Shown: piece by piece, positions 45,264-59,870 of the stretch
Position numbering within the stretch: position 1 is the stretch's first letter
Layout of the letters: each line of letters begins with the position of its first letter
Assembly (NCBI GenBank): GCA_964016885.1
Contig: OZ024740.1
Location: forward strand, 344,844,001-344,908,000
DNA: 64,000 nucleotides
DNA from: Eledone cirrhosa
Lineage: Eukaryota
Direction: 5' to 3'
Notes under the pieces: model-generated
Seen by the model: only the letters and a program-made list of their open reading frames with translations
What the model was told of the DNA's origin: nothing
Database searches by the model: none
Position numbers and translations under genes: made by a program

Positions 45264-45317
<54 letters not shown>

Positions 45318-45457
45318 TTATATTATATTATATATATATATAGATTATATTATATATATTATATATATATTATATATATATATATATACTTATATATACA
45401 TATATATATATATTTTATATATATATATATACATATATATTATATATATATATATAT

Positions 45458-47988
<2,531 letters not shown>

Positions 47989-48603
47989 AAATATATATAT
48001 ATATATCTCCACTGAAAGTTTTCATGAAATAGTCTTTTAAGAATATACAGAGCATTTGATGTTATTCCAAATTGAAGGATAAGTGTTTCAAACTTTATTT
48101 TATCATGAGTTAAAGGTCTATAGATTTTTCCCCGGATTTCACTAAATTCTGTGGATGAATATATATCCTGATTCTCTTTTGAGATGAGTTTGAGTTATTT
48201 TTCCTAAATCTTTCGTTAACTACTTTTCCCATCTTGACGTTATAGTCGCATATATGTTATAGAATGCCGTCAGCTTCTTGCTAAAACAATCTCTATACCT
48301 CTCATTTATATTTATACTCGGATTCTTTTCCTAGAGTGCTTAAACTATCTGTGACTAATCCCGGTTTTTTTCATAAAAACTGTGATAATTATTGCTATTT
48401 TGCTGAACTCCTTTTGTAGAGTTTTTTTTCAGAATGTATTTGACTGCTATTTCTTGTAAATAAACATTCACTTCCATCCTGACGTCACTAGCCCCGTTTT
48501 TTCCTCATGTGCTTTTTTATAATTACACATGAAGGCGAACTAGCCAGTTTTAGAATTCCCTTTTTCGGATCATATTACTGTGAGAGCCCTGGTTTTCTGT
48601 TGA

Positions 48604-48684
48604 GCTCTGCTGATGAATGAAATCCAAACGTGACCATCTCCACTGAAAGTTTTCATGAAATAGTCTTTTAAGACTATATAGAGC
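48604..48684 (+). ncRNA. Type I hammerhead ribozyme (family G)
   Basis: GCTCTG-CTGATGA-ATGAAA[loop]TTTCAT-GAAA-TAGTCttttaaGACTA-TA-TAGAGC. Predicted cut after 48678. Confidence 0.88.
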
Positions 48685-49234
48685 ATTTGATGTTACTCCA
48701 AATTGAAGGATATGTGTTTCAAACTTTATTTTATCATGAGTTAAAGGTCAATAGATATTTCCCCGGATTTCACTAAATTCTGTGGATGAATTTATATCCT
48801 GATTCTCTTTTGAGATGAGTTTGAGTTATTTTTCCTAAATCTTTCGTTAACTACTTTTCCCATCTTGACGTTATAGTCGCATATATGTTATAGAATGCCG
48901 TTAGCTTCTTGCTAAAACAATCTCTATACCTCTCATTTATATTTATACTCGGATTCTTTTCCTAGAGTGCTTAAACTATCTGTGACTAATCCCGGTTTTT
49001 TTCATAAAAACTGTGATAATTATTGCTATTTTGCTGAACTCCTTTTGTAGAGTTTTTTTTCAGAATGTATTTGACTGCTATTTCTTATAAATAAACATTC
49101 ACTTCCATCCTGACGTCACTAGCCCCGTGTTTTCCTCATGTGCTTTTTCATAATTACACATGAAGGCGAACTAGCCAGTTTTAGAATTCCCTTTTTCGGA
49201 TTATATTACTGTGAGAGCCCTGGATTTCTGTTGA

Positions 49235-49315
49235 GCTCTGCTGATGAATGAAATCCAACCGTGACCATCTCCACTGAAAGTTTTCATGAAATAGTCTTTT
49301 AAGACTATACAGAGC
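49235..49315 (+). ncRNA. Type I hammerhead ribozyme (family G)
   Basis: Same motif with perfect stem I GCTCTG/CAGAGC. Predicted cut after 49309. Confidence 0.9.
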
Positions 49316-49565
49316 ATTTGATGTTATTCCAAATTGAAGGATAAGTGTTTCAAACTTTATTTTATCATGAGTTAAAGGTCAATAGATTTTTCCCCGGATT
49401 TCACTAAAGTCTGTGGATGAATTTATATCCTGATTCTCTTTTGAGATGAGTTTGAGTTATTTTTCCTAAATCTTTCGTTAACTACTTTTCCCATCTTGAC
49501 GTTATAGTCGCATATATGTTATAGAATGCCGTTAGCTTCTTGCTAAAACAATCTCTATACCTCTC

Positions 49566-49604
<39 letters not shown>

Positions 49605-49682
49605 TATACATATTTATATTTATGCATATATATGTATATGTATATATGTGTATATATATATATATATACGTGTATATACATA

Positions 49683-51272
49683 GTCATCCATGTCCCCTCG
49701 CCCAATGATCTCAAATTAAGACCTTTAATAGCAGGCCCCGCTTGCGAAACCCACCGCCTTAGCAACTTCATTGATACCCTTCTCAAGCCTTTTCTCAAAC
49801 ACATCAAAAGCTATATAAGGGACGACCTAGATATGCTCAATCACCTCCCTAATATGCCTCTTTCTGAACAAACCCTACTAGTGACGTTCGATGTAGTCAA
49901 CCTATACTCCAAAATCCCCCACAACCTAGGAATAGAAGCTATCAAATTCTGGCTGGATAATTACAAACAATGAACTCCCACAACGCATCAAACAAGAATT
50001 CTTGATAGAGGGACTCAAATTTATTTTGGAGAACAATTACTTCGTTTTCAATAACAAACCCTACAGGCAGAAATCTGGGACCGCTATGGGAACGAAAACA
50101 GCTGCCACTTATGCCAACCTAGTCATGGGATACCTGGAAATTACCCTCTACACTAAAGTACTAAACAAATTTGGAAACATTCTCCACTTACACATAGAAA
50201 GGAACTGGAAACGATATCTAGATGACTGCTTCATCCTTTGGCACGTAAACATCGAAAAACTTAAAGAATTTCACATCCTTATAAATAGGCTCAACACGAA
50301 TATTAACTTCACGATGGAATACAGCCATCAACAACTCCCCTTCCTCGACATCCTCATTAAGATTCATAACAAAAAAATATAAACAGACATATACTACCAG
50401 CCCACAGACTCCAAGCAATATCTTCCTTTCAACTCTTACCACCCTAGACACGTTAAAATTAATATTCCCTACAACTTAGCCAAGAGAATCTGTACTATAG
50501 TCTCCAATAAAAACACCTGTTACTTACGTCTACAAGAACTAAAGAACACACTCATAGGCAGGGACTACCCTGCACCATAATTGACAACGGAATCCAACGT
50601 ACCCTAAAACTCAGTACCCAGGACCTTAGACACCCTAAAGTAAATCGACCGAAACAAAAGCTCTTCCATACATCTCCACACACAACCCCCTCAACAATGA
50701 GGCCTTTGACACCATCCTCGAGAACATCCCTGTGTTATAAAAGGACCATAGAAGGAACCAAATCCTACGAACACGATATCATAAAGAGCAAAAGACAATC
50801 TAAGTCAATGAAAAACATCCTAACACATGCCAAAGTACTGCCAACCGCAACTATGAAACCCACAGTAAAAGAAATGCGATAGACCCAACTGTGGCATATG
50901 CATCAACCTAATAGAGGGTTCGGAATTATATTTCAAAGAAGGACAACGTTTTATAGTAAACCCAATTTCACATGCGCATCAGAAAGTCTAATATATGTAT
51001 TAACTTGCTCAGGTTGTCGAGAACAATACATAGGCCAGACCAAAAATAGCCCTCGCCAACGCATGACTGACCATAGATCTCAAATTAAAATACGGGAATA
51101 CAGGAAAATAGCACTGAGTGAACACATTGATACCTGTGCCGCCCCAGATCATCCCAATTTCAGAATGTTTCCCCTCTACAAATTTAATAATAATGCCACC
51201 CACACCCAGCGCATCAGCAAGGAATCTCATTTTATTAACAAATACGGACCCCGTCTAAACGCTTCTCCCTAA
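49683..51272 (+). pseudogene. PLE reverse transcriptase plus GIY-YIG endonuclease, frameshifted
   Basis: LRPLIAGPACETHRLS, VTFDVVNLYS, QKSGTAMGTKTAATYANL, RYLDDCF, LPFLDI and LIYVLTCSGCREQYIGQT are spread over several broken ORFs. Confidence 0.95.
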
Positions 51273-51943
51273 GATGAACCCACAACATACACACGTCAAC
51301 ATACATACCTACATCAGCATACATCCTACACACATCTCTATCCACATATAAACACAATGACATACGTAAACACTCATGTTCTATGGTGCAACACAAATAT
51401 ACACAAATTTGCATACTTTTTGATGTCTATAGATATAAACGTGCCGACACACACACATACATATACGCACACATGCATTGCACACTGATGGGCACATACA
51501 TATTTGTACACAAGTATTCCAATAGGGCAAGGCCTAATGGATTCCCCGTGCAGTACGTACAATCTGGACACTCACAGACACCTTAGTGTTATGCCAATGC
51601 TATATATCACTTCACACCTTTTATTATTAAGTTTTTGATGTTTTATTGAGAGAATCGTTTTTACTGAAAATATCGAATAATGTACACCATTTTTACCAAT
51701 ATCACAAAAATACTGGTCCTACCCCACACACACCCACATACACACATACACACACACACACACACATATATACACACACACATACACACACGTACACTAA
51801 CATACAAAGAGACATATACACACACACACACACTTCTCCGTATAAGACAAGAGGTGAAAAATATCTTTTAACATGTTAAAATATCCCCCACACACGTACA
51901 AACACATTCCTACTGACCGATCCCTCTACCCCGAATTACTCTG

Positions 51944-51978
<35 letters not shown>

Positions 51979-52340
51979 TCTTAATAGGCATCTGAATTTT
52001 TGACCTGTCAACAAACTGCAATTCACACACACATCCCTACTGACCATTATCACAACAATGAACTTCTTTACTACTACTACACACACACACACATATTTGT
52101 CTTGAAAGACTTATTTTTCAGTGACTTCTCAATCAGCCGAGACAAACCTACATTTGGCGCAAAATCAATTTTTAACATTCACATGACCTCTACCGACCAA
52201 TCAAAATTGTTGTGACCACAAGTATTTTTGCAACACGAATTGGCGCGAAACTTATTTTAATACATCTGGAGCCAGAAAGGTAGAATTTCCCAAACTAATC
52301 AGATTAGAGCAAACATCACGGGCGCTCTATCTCAAAATTA

Positions 52341-52376
52341 TTTTTGAAAAGCATTAGAAATGCGCAACCGGTAAAC
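52341..52376 (+). ncRNA. HHR-like motif in the PLE terminal repeat, U3-A8 plus A13C variant
   Basis: TT-TTGAAAA-GCATTagaAATGC-GCAA-CCGG-TA-AA. Also near 47778-47815 (+) and 45568-45607 (-). Stem I is weak. Confidence 0.5.
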
Positions 52377-53254
52377 ACTTAAAACCAAAACTGAATACTA
52401 ACCAAGACTATTAATAATGTTTACTTATTCCTAATTAAACTATATATCAAATATATAAGAACCGTAGAGCAAATATTTATTAAAATAACTATATAGAGTC
52501 TATTTGATTGATGTAGATATATTCACTAGAATTTGAATTATTAAATGTTCGATTCATATCAAAACGAATGTTTAATCTTGTTTGTGATTAATGTATTTTA
52601 TTTCTCATTCTGTGTGATATACTATGTTGTTTAGGTATTATTTGGTTTCTTATATGGGCCCTGAGTATGATACATACGGAGAAAACATATCGATATAAAA
52701 GTAAATACAATTATTTCCAGCTTAGATTTGCATCATTATACAAAGCTAAACATACAATATGCGTCGGATACGGGGAAGATATGCTAATCAGAATGGAATC
52801 ACTGGAAGGACAAAACTTCTATCAAAACATTGATGCTTTAAAATAGGATGTACTAGATATTTCAATCCCATTTATATAAAAGACCCATATATATTCCTAT
52901 AATAACATGTAGGCAGAGAATAACCAGAGATGGAATTATCTGTTGTAAAATTTTCTCCTAGAATATGTTTCTCCTGCGTAAATGATGCTGATTAGGAATC
53001 GTTTAGTAATCACTAAATATTATTACTGCTAAATCAGGACATAAAACAAATTAGACGAAATGAATAAATCAGACGCACAACCACAAGTGAAGTACTTTGC
53101 AAAAGGCATACTAAATATAGAAGACAAGACACCATTAATAAACTCATATAGGAAACAAATCCATGAGAAGAAACAGATACTAACATTAATAATATACAGC
53201 AAAACCGCTATAATTAAAGACAACCTATTATCAATAGCAAAGAAAAAAAATAAT

Positions 53255-53443
53255 TGTTTCTACTATTGGCACAAGGCCAGCAATTACCCAGTACATTACT
53301 GGTACTTTATTTTATCGACCCCGTAAGGATGAAAGGCAAAGTTAACCTCGGCGGGATTTGAACTCAGAATGGCAAGGGCCGTAACTCTATGTGTCAAAGC
53401 ATGGAGTCCGACCCTCTACCGATACTGCCAATTCACGGCCATT
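53255..53443 (-). mobile_element. tRNA-derived SINE with target-site duplication
   Basis: Reverse complement of the 24314 copy. CAAAG(A)nTAAT at 53238-53254 and 53444-53459. Confidence 0.92.
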
Positions 53444-54030
53444 CAAAGAAAAAAATAATGAAACCCGGACAGTCTACTACTGACCAATGTGGTTTTCAAA
53501 TTTGGTTGTAAACATTTGCTGCAGAAGTACAACACTAAACAGCGGGGTCATCATGCATTTAAATCATAAACAGCAGTGTACCCACAAAGGAAAACAAAAT
53601 CATGTAAGAAATCATTTGTAAAAAAAGGCATCTAACGTATACAGATTTCGCTAAACAAACAGATGAAAAATGGTGGAATCAATCTCATAACGAAACAGAT
53701 AAAGCAACATTCAGAAAAAACATTGAACCCAAAAATTCTAATTTCCAGGAAGATACCTACATCAATCGTATTGCATATATAAAGTTTAAAGAGGCAGAAA
53801 CACAAACCGACCACTGCATTCAGAAGATGAAACTGAGAGTGTTTAAAACGTTAACGATATATTCGGAAGATTTTCCTGCGTCAAAAGAATTGTGACGAAA
53901 ACATTTTGAATAAGATATGGAATACATACATATTTCAATTTTTGTTGCAATATTTAAGGGTATATATGTTGCTAGAGTCCATCACAGAAGGGGTTAAAAC
54001 CTAGCAGTGTTAAAGTTGGTTAAGAGCAAT

Positions 54031-54075
<45 letters not shown>

Positions 54076-54159
54076 AAAGTTATATTTAAATTGTTGGGTT
54101 ACAACGAGTAAATTTTTATAACTGATATAAAAGCACTCAACAAGTATTTGGAGTATATT

Positions 54160-54528
54160 TACGATATTAAATAAATGGAAATTATATTTATAAAACCATA
54201 TTTATTTCATTATATATATTTCAGGGATATCATATTAACAATATGTTATGCCTTCTTCAGACAAAATACAATATAGACAGTCTTATAAATAAATAGATTC
54301 GTCATACCTTTCAACATCGACTTGCATTTGAAAAGTTGATTTGGCAGATCAACTTTTCAAATGCAAGTCGATGTTGAAAGGTATGTCGAATCTATTTATT
54401 TATAAGACTGTCTATATTGTATTTTGTCTGAAGAAGGCATAACATATTGTTAATATGATATCCCTGAAATATATATAATGAAATAAATATGGTTTTATAA
54501 ATATAATTTCCATTTATTTAATATCGTA
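54160..54528. repeat. Near-perfect palindrome with 181-bp arms and a 7-nt spacer
   Basis: Arms 54160-54340 and 54348-54528, one mismatch seen, spacer TTGGCAG. Confidence 0.97.
54420..54485 (+). ncRNA. Type I hammerhead ribozyme (family H); mirror copy at 54203-54268 (-)
   Basis: TATTTTGT-CTGAAGA-AGG..CATATTgttAATATG..CCT-GAAA-TATATA-TA-ATGAAATA. Confidence 0.78.
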
Positions 54529-54705
54529 TATATATATATATATATATAGGAACCAGTAAGACCCCGACAGCTGAGCTCAAGCCGTTTCGACGGCTAATTC
54601 GCATATATATATATACATATATATGCTAATTCGCATATATATATATATACATATATATATATAAATATATATTATAGATATGTATATATAAACACACACA
54701 CACAC

Positions 54706-54801
<96 letters not shown>

Positions 54802-55189
54802 GTTTAAATATATATATAAATATATATATATAATAAAATACAGAGTTACTAACTCATATTGATACCCTGCAATTAACAAGCTCAACGTATAAATACTGAG
54901 CATTATATAATAATATATGTAGAATTAAACACAGTAAATTGTGTGTCTAAAATCACGAGGGTAGAAATACCACATTGGTTTGAAAGTTTTAACCTGAAGC
55001 ATACGTACGATGTATAGTAAATATATATATACAGAACGTATCAATAACTATTTCATCTCTCGGACAGATTAGAGATTTAATCTGTTTCGCCCTGAAGATT
55101 AAATCTTTCAAACCAATGGGGTATTTCTACCCTCGTCATTTTAGACACACCATTTACTGTGTTTATTTCTACATATATTATTATATAAT

Positions 55190-55403
55190 GGTTTCTTATA
55201 TAGGCACAAGGCCAGCAATTTTGGGGGAGGGGAAAGTCGATTAAATCGACTCCAGTGCGTGACTGGTAATTTATTTATCGACCCGGTAAGGATGAAAGGC
55301 AAAGTTAACCTCGGCGGGATTTGAACACAGAATGGCAAAGGCCGTAACTCTATGCGTCAAAGCATGGCGTCCGACCCTCTACCGACACTCCCAATCCACT
55401 GCC
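55190..55403 (-). mobile_element. tRNA-derived SINE (longer variant)
   Basis: Same SINE body with an extra GGGGAGGGGAAAGTCGATTAAATCGAC segment. Flanked on both sides by ATATTATTATATAAT. Confidence 0.9.
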
Positions 55404-55654
55404 CTGATATATTATTATATAATTGTTTCTACTTTAGGCACAAAGCCAGCAATTACCCATTGCAGGGTATCAATATGAGTTAGTAACTCTGTATTTTATT
55501 TGTATTTTGGCTCCCTAACTAGGTGAGCTTATTTGGGTATACTAAGACTACCATTCCTAGCATATACCCTCACACCACTTCTAAAGTCCAACGCACGAGG
55601 TGAGGTATTCATTCGTGTGGATTGTAGTGACATGAATTTGTTTCATTTGGTCTT

Positions 55655-55742
55655 ATCTCTCGCTGAAGAAAGCCTACGGATTATCTGTTACAAACAAAAT
55701 TTCGGGGCGAAACAGATTAAATCTCTAATTTGTTCGAGAGAT
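55655..55742 (+). ncRNA. Type I hammerhead ribozyme (family I)
   Basis: ATCTCTCG-CTGAAGA-aaGCC...GGC-GAAA-CAGATTAaatctcTAATTTG-TT-CGAGAGAT. The inverted half-copy near 55055-55092 has a perfect stem III and a GUC site. Confidence 0.72.
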
Positions 55743-55882
55743 GAATTAGTTATCGATACGGTCTGTATATATATATTTATTATACATATTACGTATGCTT
55801 CCGGTTAAATCTTTCAAACCAATGTGGTATTTCTACCCTCGTAATTTTTGGCACACAATTTACTGTGTTTATTTCTACATAT

Positions 55883-55964
<82 letters not shown>

Positions 55965-56170
55965 TATATGAAACGAAATTTCATTTCTCAATCTTAGTAC
56001 GACTGTTACTTAAATATAAATATGTATACGTACATACATGCACACATATATATATGTATGTACGTATGGATTTACAGAACATTTATTATAATGCTCGGTT
56101 TGTCTGTAAACAAACAACCCGAATTAAGCCGTACGGTGTTTAGCAACTTTTGTTCAACACTGACAAAGGA

Positions 56171-56213
56171 ACGATGTACTAGTTTCAAGCTTATTAGCTA
56201 TCGTCAGCACCGT
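56171..56213 (-). ncRNA. Type I hammerhead ribozyme (family A)
   Basis: ACGGTG-CTGACGA-TAGCTaataAGCTT-GAAA-CTAG-TA-CATCGT. Confidence 0.85.
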
Positions 56214-56349
56214 ATACCTTCCTGCCAGATGATTGAACGTCTGAAAGTATATACTTTCCTTATGCATATTAACGGCTGAGCAGCCTAATCTGCATATCGA
56301 GTGAGTTAATCGGCCGGGCGCACCGAAAACGATAAGAAGGAAGCTATAG

Positions 56350-56388
56350 GGTGCTGACGATAGCTAATTAGCTTGAAACTAGTACATC
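56350..56388 (+). ncRNA. Type I hammerhead ribozyme (family A)
   Basis: GGTG-CTGACGA-TAGCTaattAGCTT-GAAA-CTAG-TA-CATC. Predicted cut after 56384. Confidence 0.82.
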
Positions 56389-56774
56389 GTTCCTTTGTCA
56401 GTGTTAACAAACGGGCAACGATGGTTGATAAACACTGTACGGCTTAATTCTGGATGGTTGTTTACAAACAAACCGAGCATTTTAATAAATGTTCGGTAAA
56501 TCCATACGTACATGTATATATGTGTGCATCAATGTATATCTATAAATCCTAGTGTACGTCTGTATACATATATGTATGTACGTATACATACTTATATTTA
56601 TGTAACATCCGTACTAAGAGTGAGAAATGAAATTTCGTTTCCTTTTTTCGATTTATCGATATCTGTGCGCCCGGCCGATTAACTCACTCAATATACAAAT
56701 TAGGCTGCTCAGCCGTTAATATGCATAAGGAAAGTAAATACTTTTAGACGTTCAATCATCTGGCAGGAAGGTAG

Positions 56775-56817
56775 ACAGTGCTGACGATAGCTAATAAGCT
56801 TGAAACTAGTACATCGT
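56775..56817 (+). ncRNA. Type I hammerhead ribozyme (family A)
   Basis: Same motif with one stem I mismatch. Predicted cut after 56811. Confidence 0.8.
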
Positions 56818-57204
56818 TCCTTTGTCAGTGTTGAACAAAAAGGCAACAATGGTCGCTAAACACCGTACGTCTTAATTCGGGATTTTTGTTTACAGACCAA
56901 CCGAGCATTATAATAAATGTTCGGTAAATCCATACGTACATATATATATGTGTGCATGTATGTATATATATATACATACGTACGTCTGTATACATATATG
57001 TATGTACGTATACATACTTATATTTATGTAACAGCCGTACTAAGAGTGAGAAATGAAATTTCGTTTCATTTTTTTCATTTATCGTTTTCGGTGCGCCCGG
57101 CCGAGTAACTCACTCACTCGATATGCAAATTAGGCTGCTCAGCCATTAATATACATAAGGATAGTTTATACTTTCAGACGTTCAATCATCTGGCAGGAAG
57201 GTAT

Positions 57205-57247
57205 ACGGTGCTGACGATAGCTAATAAGCTTGAATCTAGTACATCGT
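57205..57247 (+). ncRNA. Hammerhead ribozyme (family A), GAAA changed to GAAT
   Basis: Same motif with A15.1 mutated, probably impaired. Confidence 0.7.
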
Positions 57248-58049
57248 TTCTTTGTCAGTGTTGAACAAAAGGGCAACGATGGTTGCTAAACACTGTACGG
57301 CTTAATTCGGGATGTTTGTTTACAAACAAACCGAGCATTATAATAAATGTTCGGCAAATCCATACGTACATATATATATATGTGTGCATGTATGTATGTA
57401 TATACATACTACTGTACGTATGTATACATATATGTATGTACGTATACATACTTATATATATATATATATACATATATATGATGGCTGACCCCTCATTATC
57501 GAGTATAGCCATTGCACGATATACCATTATTAATAATTATCAATTAATTCTATCATGCAATGCCTATGCGTGAAGATATTTTTGAAAGTGAGGAAAGACT
57601 GAGCACAGAGCCAATCCCACTCTCAGAGCGACAGTAGGTATTACCCGAAAAGAAGAAAAGATCAACATCATCGGTAACTACTGAGCCGCAGGTTTTATAT
57701 CGGAGTCATCCCAGTTTTTTGAGTTGCATTCTCCTAGAAGTATTCCCTGACAAAGACTAGTGGTCCTTCACTCCCAGTGGTTTAACCGCGCGATCGGGTG
57801 TCCAGCCCGACTATTTCTATGTGCCCACGCATATACACACACTTGAACCCATGAATATACACATATACATATGCATGTAATGTGTACTTACATATTTACA
57901 CATTTTTGGATGGCGGTTGACTCTTATGAGTTCTTCCGCCCTTTGTCAGGGTTTGTTTCTTGTACTGCAGGGTGTCCAAAATCACCCTCCTCACCAAGTA
58001 AACTTGTGGGGTTGGCGGTTTAGTCACCGACGACCCGACAGTGCTACAG

Positions 58050-58108
58050 GTGGTACTGGGTTACATGTTACCAGTAGCACTCAAGAGTGACCCGACATAT
58101 ATATATAT

Positions 58109-58202
<94 letters not shown>

Positions 58203-58260
58203 ATATATATATATGTCGGGTCACTCTTGAGTGCTACTGGTAACATGTAACCCAGTACCA
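58050..58260. repeat. Inverted repeat whose centre is a (TA)n tract
   Basis: TGGTACTGGGTTACATGTTACCAGTAGCACTCAAGAGTGACCCGAC and its exact reverse complement flank mirrored (TA)/(CA) runs. Confidence 0.95.
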
Positions 58261-58293
58261 TATATATATAGATGAGATATATATATATAGATG

Positions 58294-58344
58294 AGATTCT
58301 ACAGGACTAGAACTATTTCATTCTTTAGAAATCATCAGGAATCT
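58294..58344 (-). ncRNA. Type I hammerhead ribozyme (family B)
   Basis: AGATTC-CTGATGA-T-TTCtaaaGAA-T-GAAA-TAGttctagtcCTG-TA-GAATCT. Inverted half-copy at 58517-58565. Confidence 0.8.
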
Positions 58345-58637
58345 GGGTATCAAAAAATAAATATGGTATTTATAGGTCTCTACAAGTGGTAGGAGAGGGT
58401 GGGGAGTGGGATGGGTGTAGGTCATAGGTTGATAGAAAAGGGAATTCATTAAAAGCTAATTCTACAAAGCTATAGTTTATTTTTATTAATTTTTGTTTTT
58501 AGAGTAACAAAGGCAGATTTCTAAAGAATGAAACAGTTCTAGTCCTGTAGAATCTCATCTATATTAAAACTTTTATACTCTGCAATGTATTGAGTACCTT
58601 ACTTACTGTGGTTACCTCCGATTCAACCCGGAATAAC

Positions 58638-58750
<113 letters not shown>

Positions 58751-59403
58751 CATATATATATACATATATACATGTACGTATGTATATATAAATATATATG
58801 TAGGTATGTATCTATCAGCTAGATTACAAGAATGCAAGATTGGATACTTAAAAACTAAACTCAATACAAACTTTAAGTCAGTAATTTTAGATTTGCATAG
58901 ATATCTAACAGGAGAATTCTACCTGAAAGGCCCCTTGATTCATGAGCAATTCCTGAGTGGAATGTAGTTTGCTATAGTTAGCAAATTTATTCGAGTTGTT
59001 TTCTTACTTAATGGTTTTCTTTTCGTGTTGTGATTCTAAAATATTCCTTTAAATATTTATTCAACCAGAAAGTGCCATACACCAAAGCATTGAAATTCCA
59101 AGCGCCTTTCAGTTTGACATATAACCCATTAAATACAGCAAAATAAAAAAAAATATTTCTACATATACAAACACGTACATATCGCTATAATCCATTAGTT
59201 TGTACATACATGGATAAGTATAAATAAATACGCCTTCACATACGAATATGTATTTATTCATATATGTGCCTATGGTAACGAACATATATTGGTTGCATTT
59301 TTATATACCTCTTTCGTATGTGTGTGTTGCCATTATATTATAGGGTTCTTACACTAACACACACACACATATGTATAGGGAGATGCGTGTTTCTATTCTA
59401 TAC

Positions 59404-59437
<34 letters not shown>

Positions 59438-59644
59438 CATGCATATATATATATATCTGTACTATAAAGTAATGTTCAAACTTCATCGGAAAACCGATCT
59501 TTAAATATTTTCTTGCTGCGAACATCTTTATATTTTGGTGAGCGTTGAGGTGATCAGAACAAAAATCATTTTTTAAGACGGTGACATATGATGTAAAAAG
59601 AATGGTTTGGCAGCCACGTCTAACTACCATATAGAAGCTACCTC

Positions 59645-59708
59645 ATAATGGTTTCTACGTTCGGCCACCAATTTGGAAAAGAGGAAAGCCGATTAAATCG
59701 ACCACCGT

Positions 59709-59780
<72 letters not shown>

Positions 59781-59870
59781 ATATATATATATATACATTT
59801 TTTTATCGACCCGGATAGGAGGAAAGGCAATGTTGACCTCGGAGACATTTCAACTTAGAACGTAAACAAC
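59645..59870 (-). mobile_element. Degenerate SINE interrupted by (TA)n
   Basis: TTTTATCGACCCGGATAGGAGGAAAGGCAATGTTGACCTCGG matches the SINE body. Confidence 0.75.

Larger units (their letters stand above)
48005..49570 (+). mobile_element. HHR-bearing tandem array family G, period 631 bp, about 2.5 near-identical units
   Basis: ATCTCCACTGAAAGTTTTCATGAAATAGTC at 48005, 48636 and 49267. No long ORF. Bounded by (TA)n. Confidence 0.93.
49683..52440 (+). mobile_element. Neptune-type Penelope-like element, 5'-truncated
   Basis: RT and EN remnants, plus a 3' region closely similar to 46608-47880. Confidence 0.93.
54834..55890. mobile_element. Fold-back HHR repeat family I with nested SINE
   Basis: About 54910-55095 is the reverse complement of about 55703-55885, and 54834-54873 of 55459-55499. 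Confidence 0.8.
55968..57455. mobile_element. HHR-bearing tandem repeat family A, cluster 2 (one inverted unit plus about 2.6 direct units of 427-430 bp)
   Basis: HHRs at 56171-56213 (-), 56350-56388 (+), 56775-56817 (+) and 57205-57247 (+). Bounded by (TA)n. Confidence 0.92.

Noticed and set aside
49960-50890. In-frame stops in the PLE ORF as possible selenocysteine or programmed recoding
   Set aside because: The TGA at 49971 and TAG at 50880 coincide with frameshifts, and other TAA stops are present, which fits ordinary decay.
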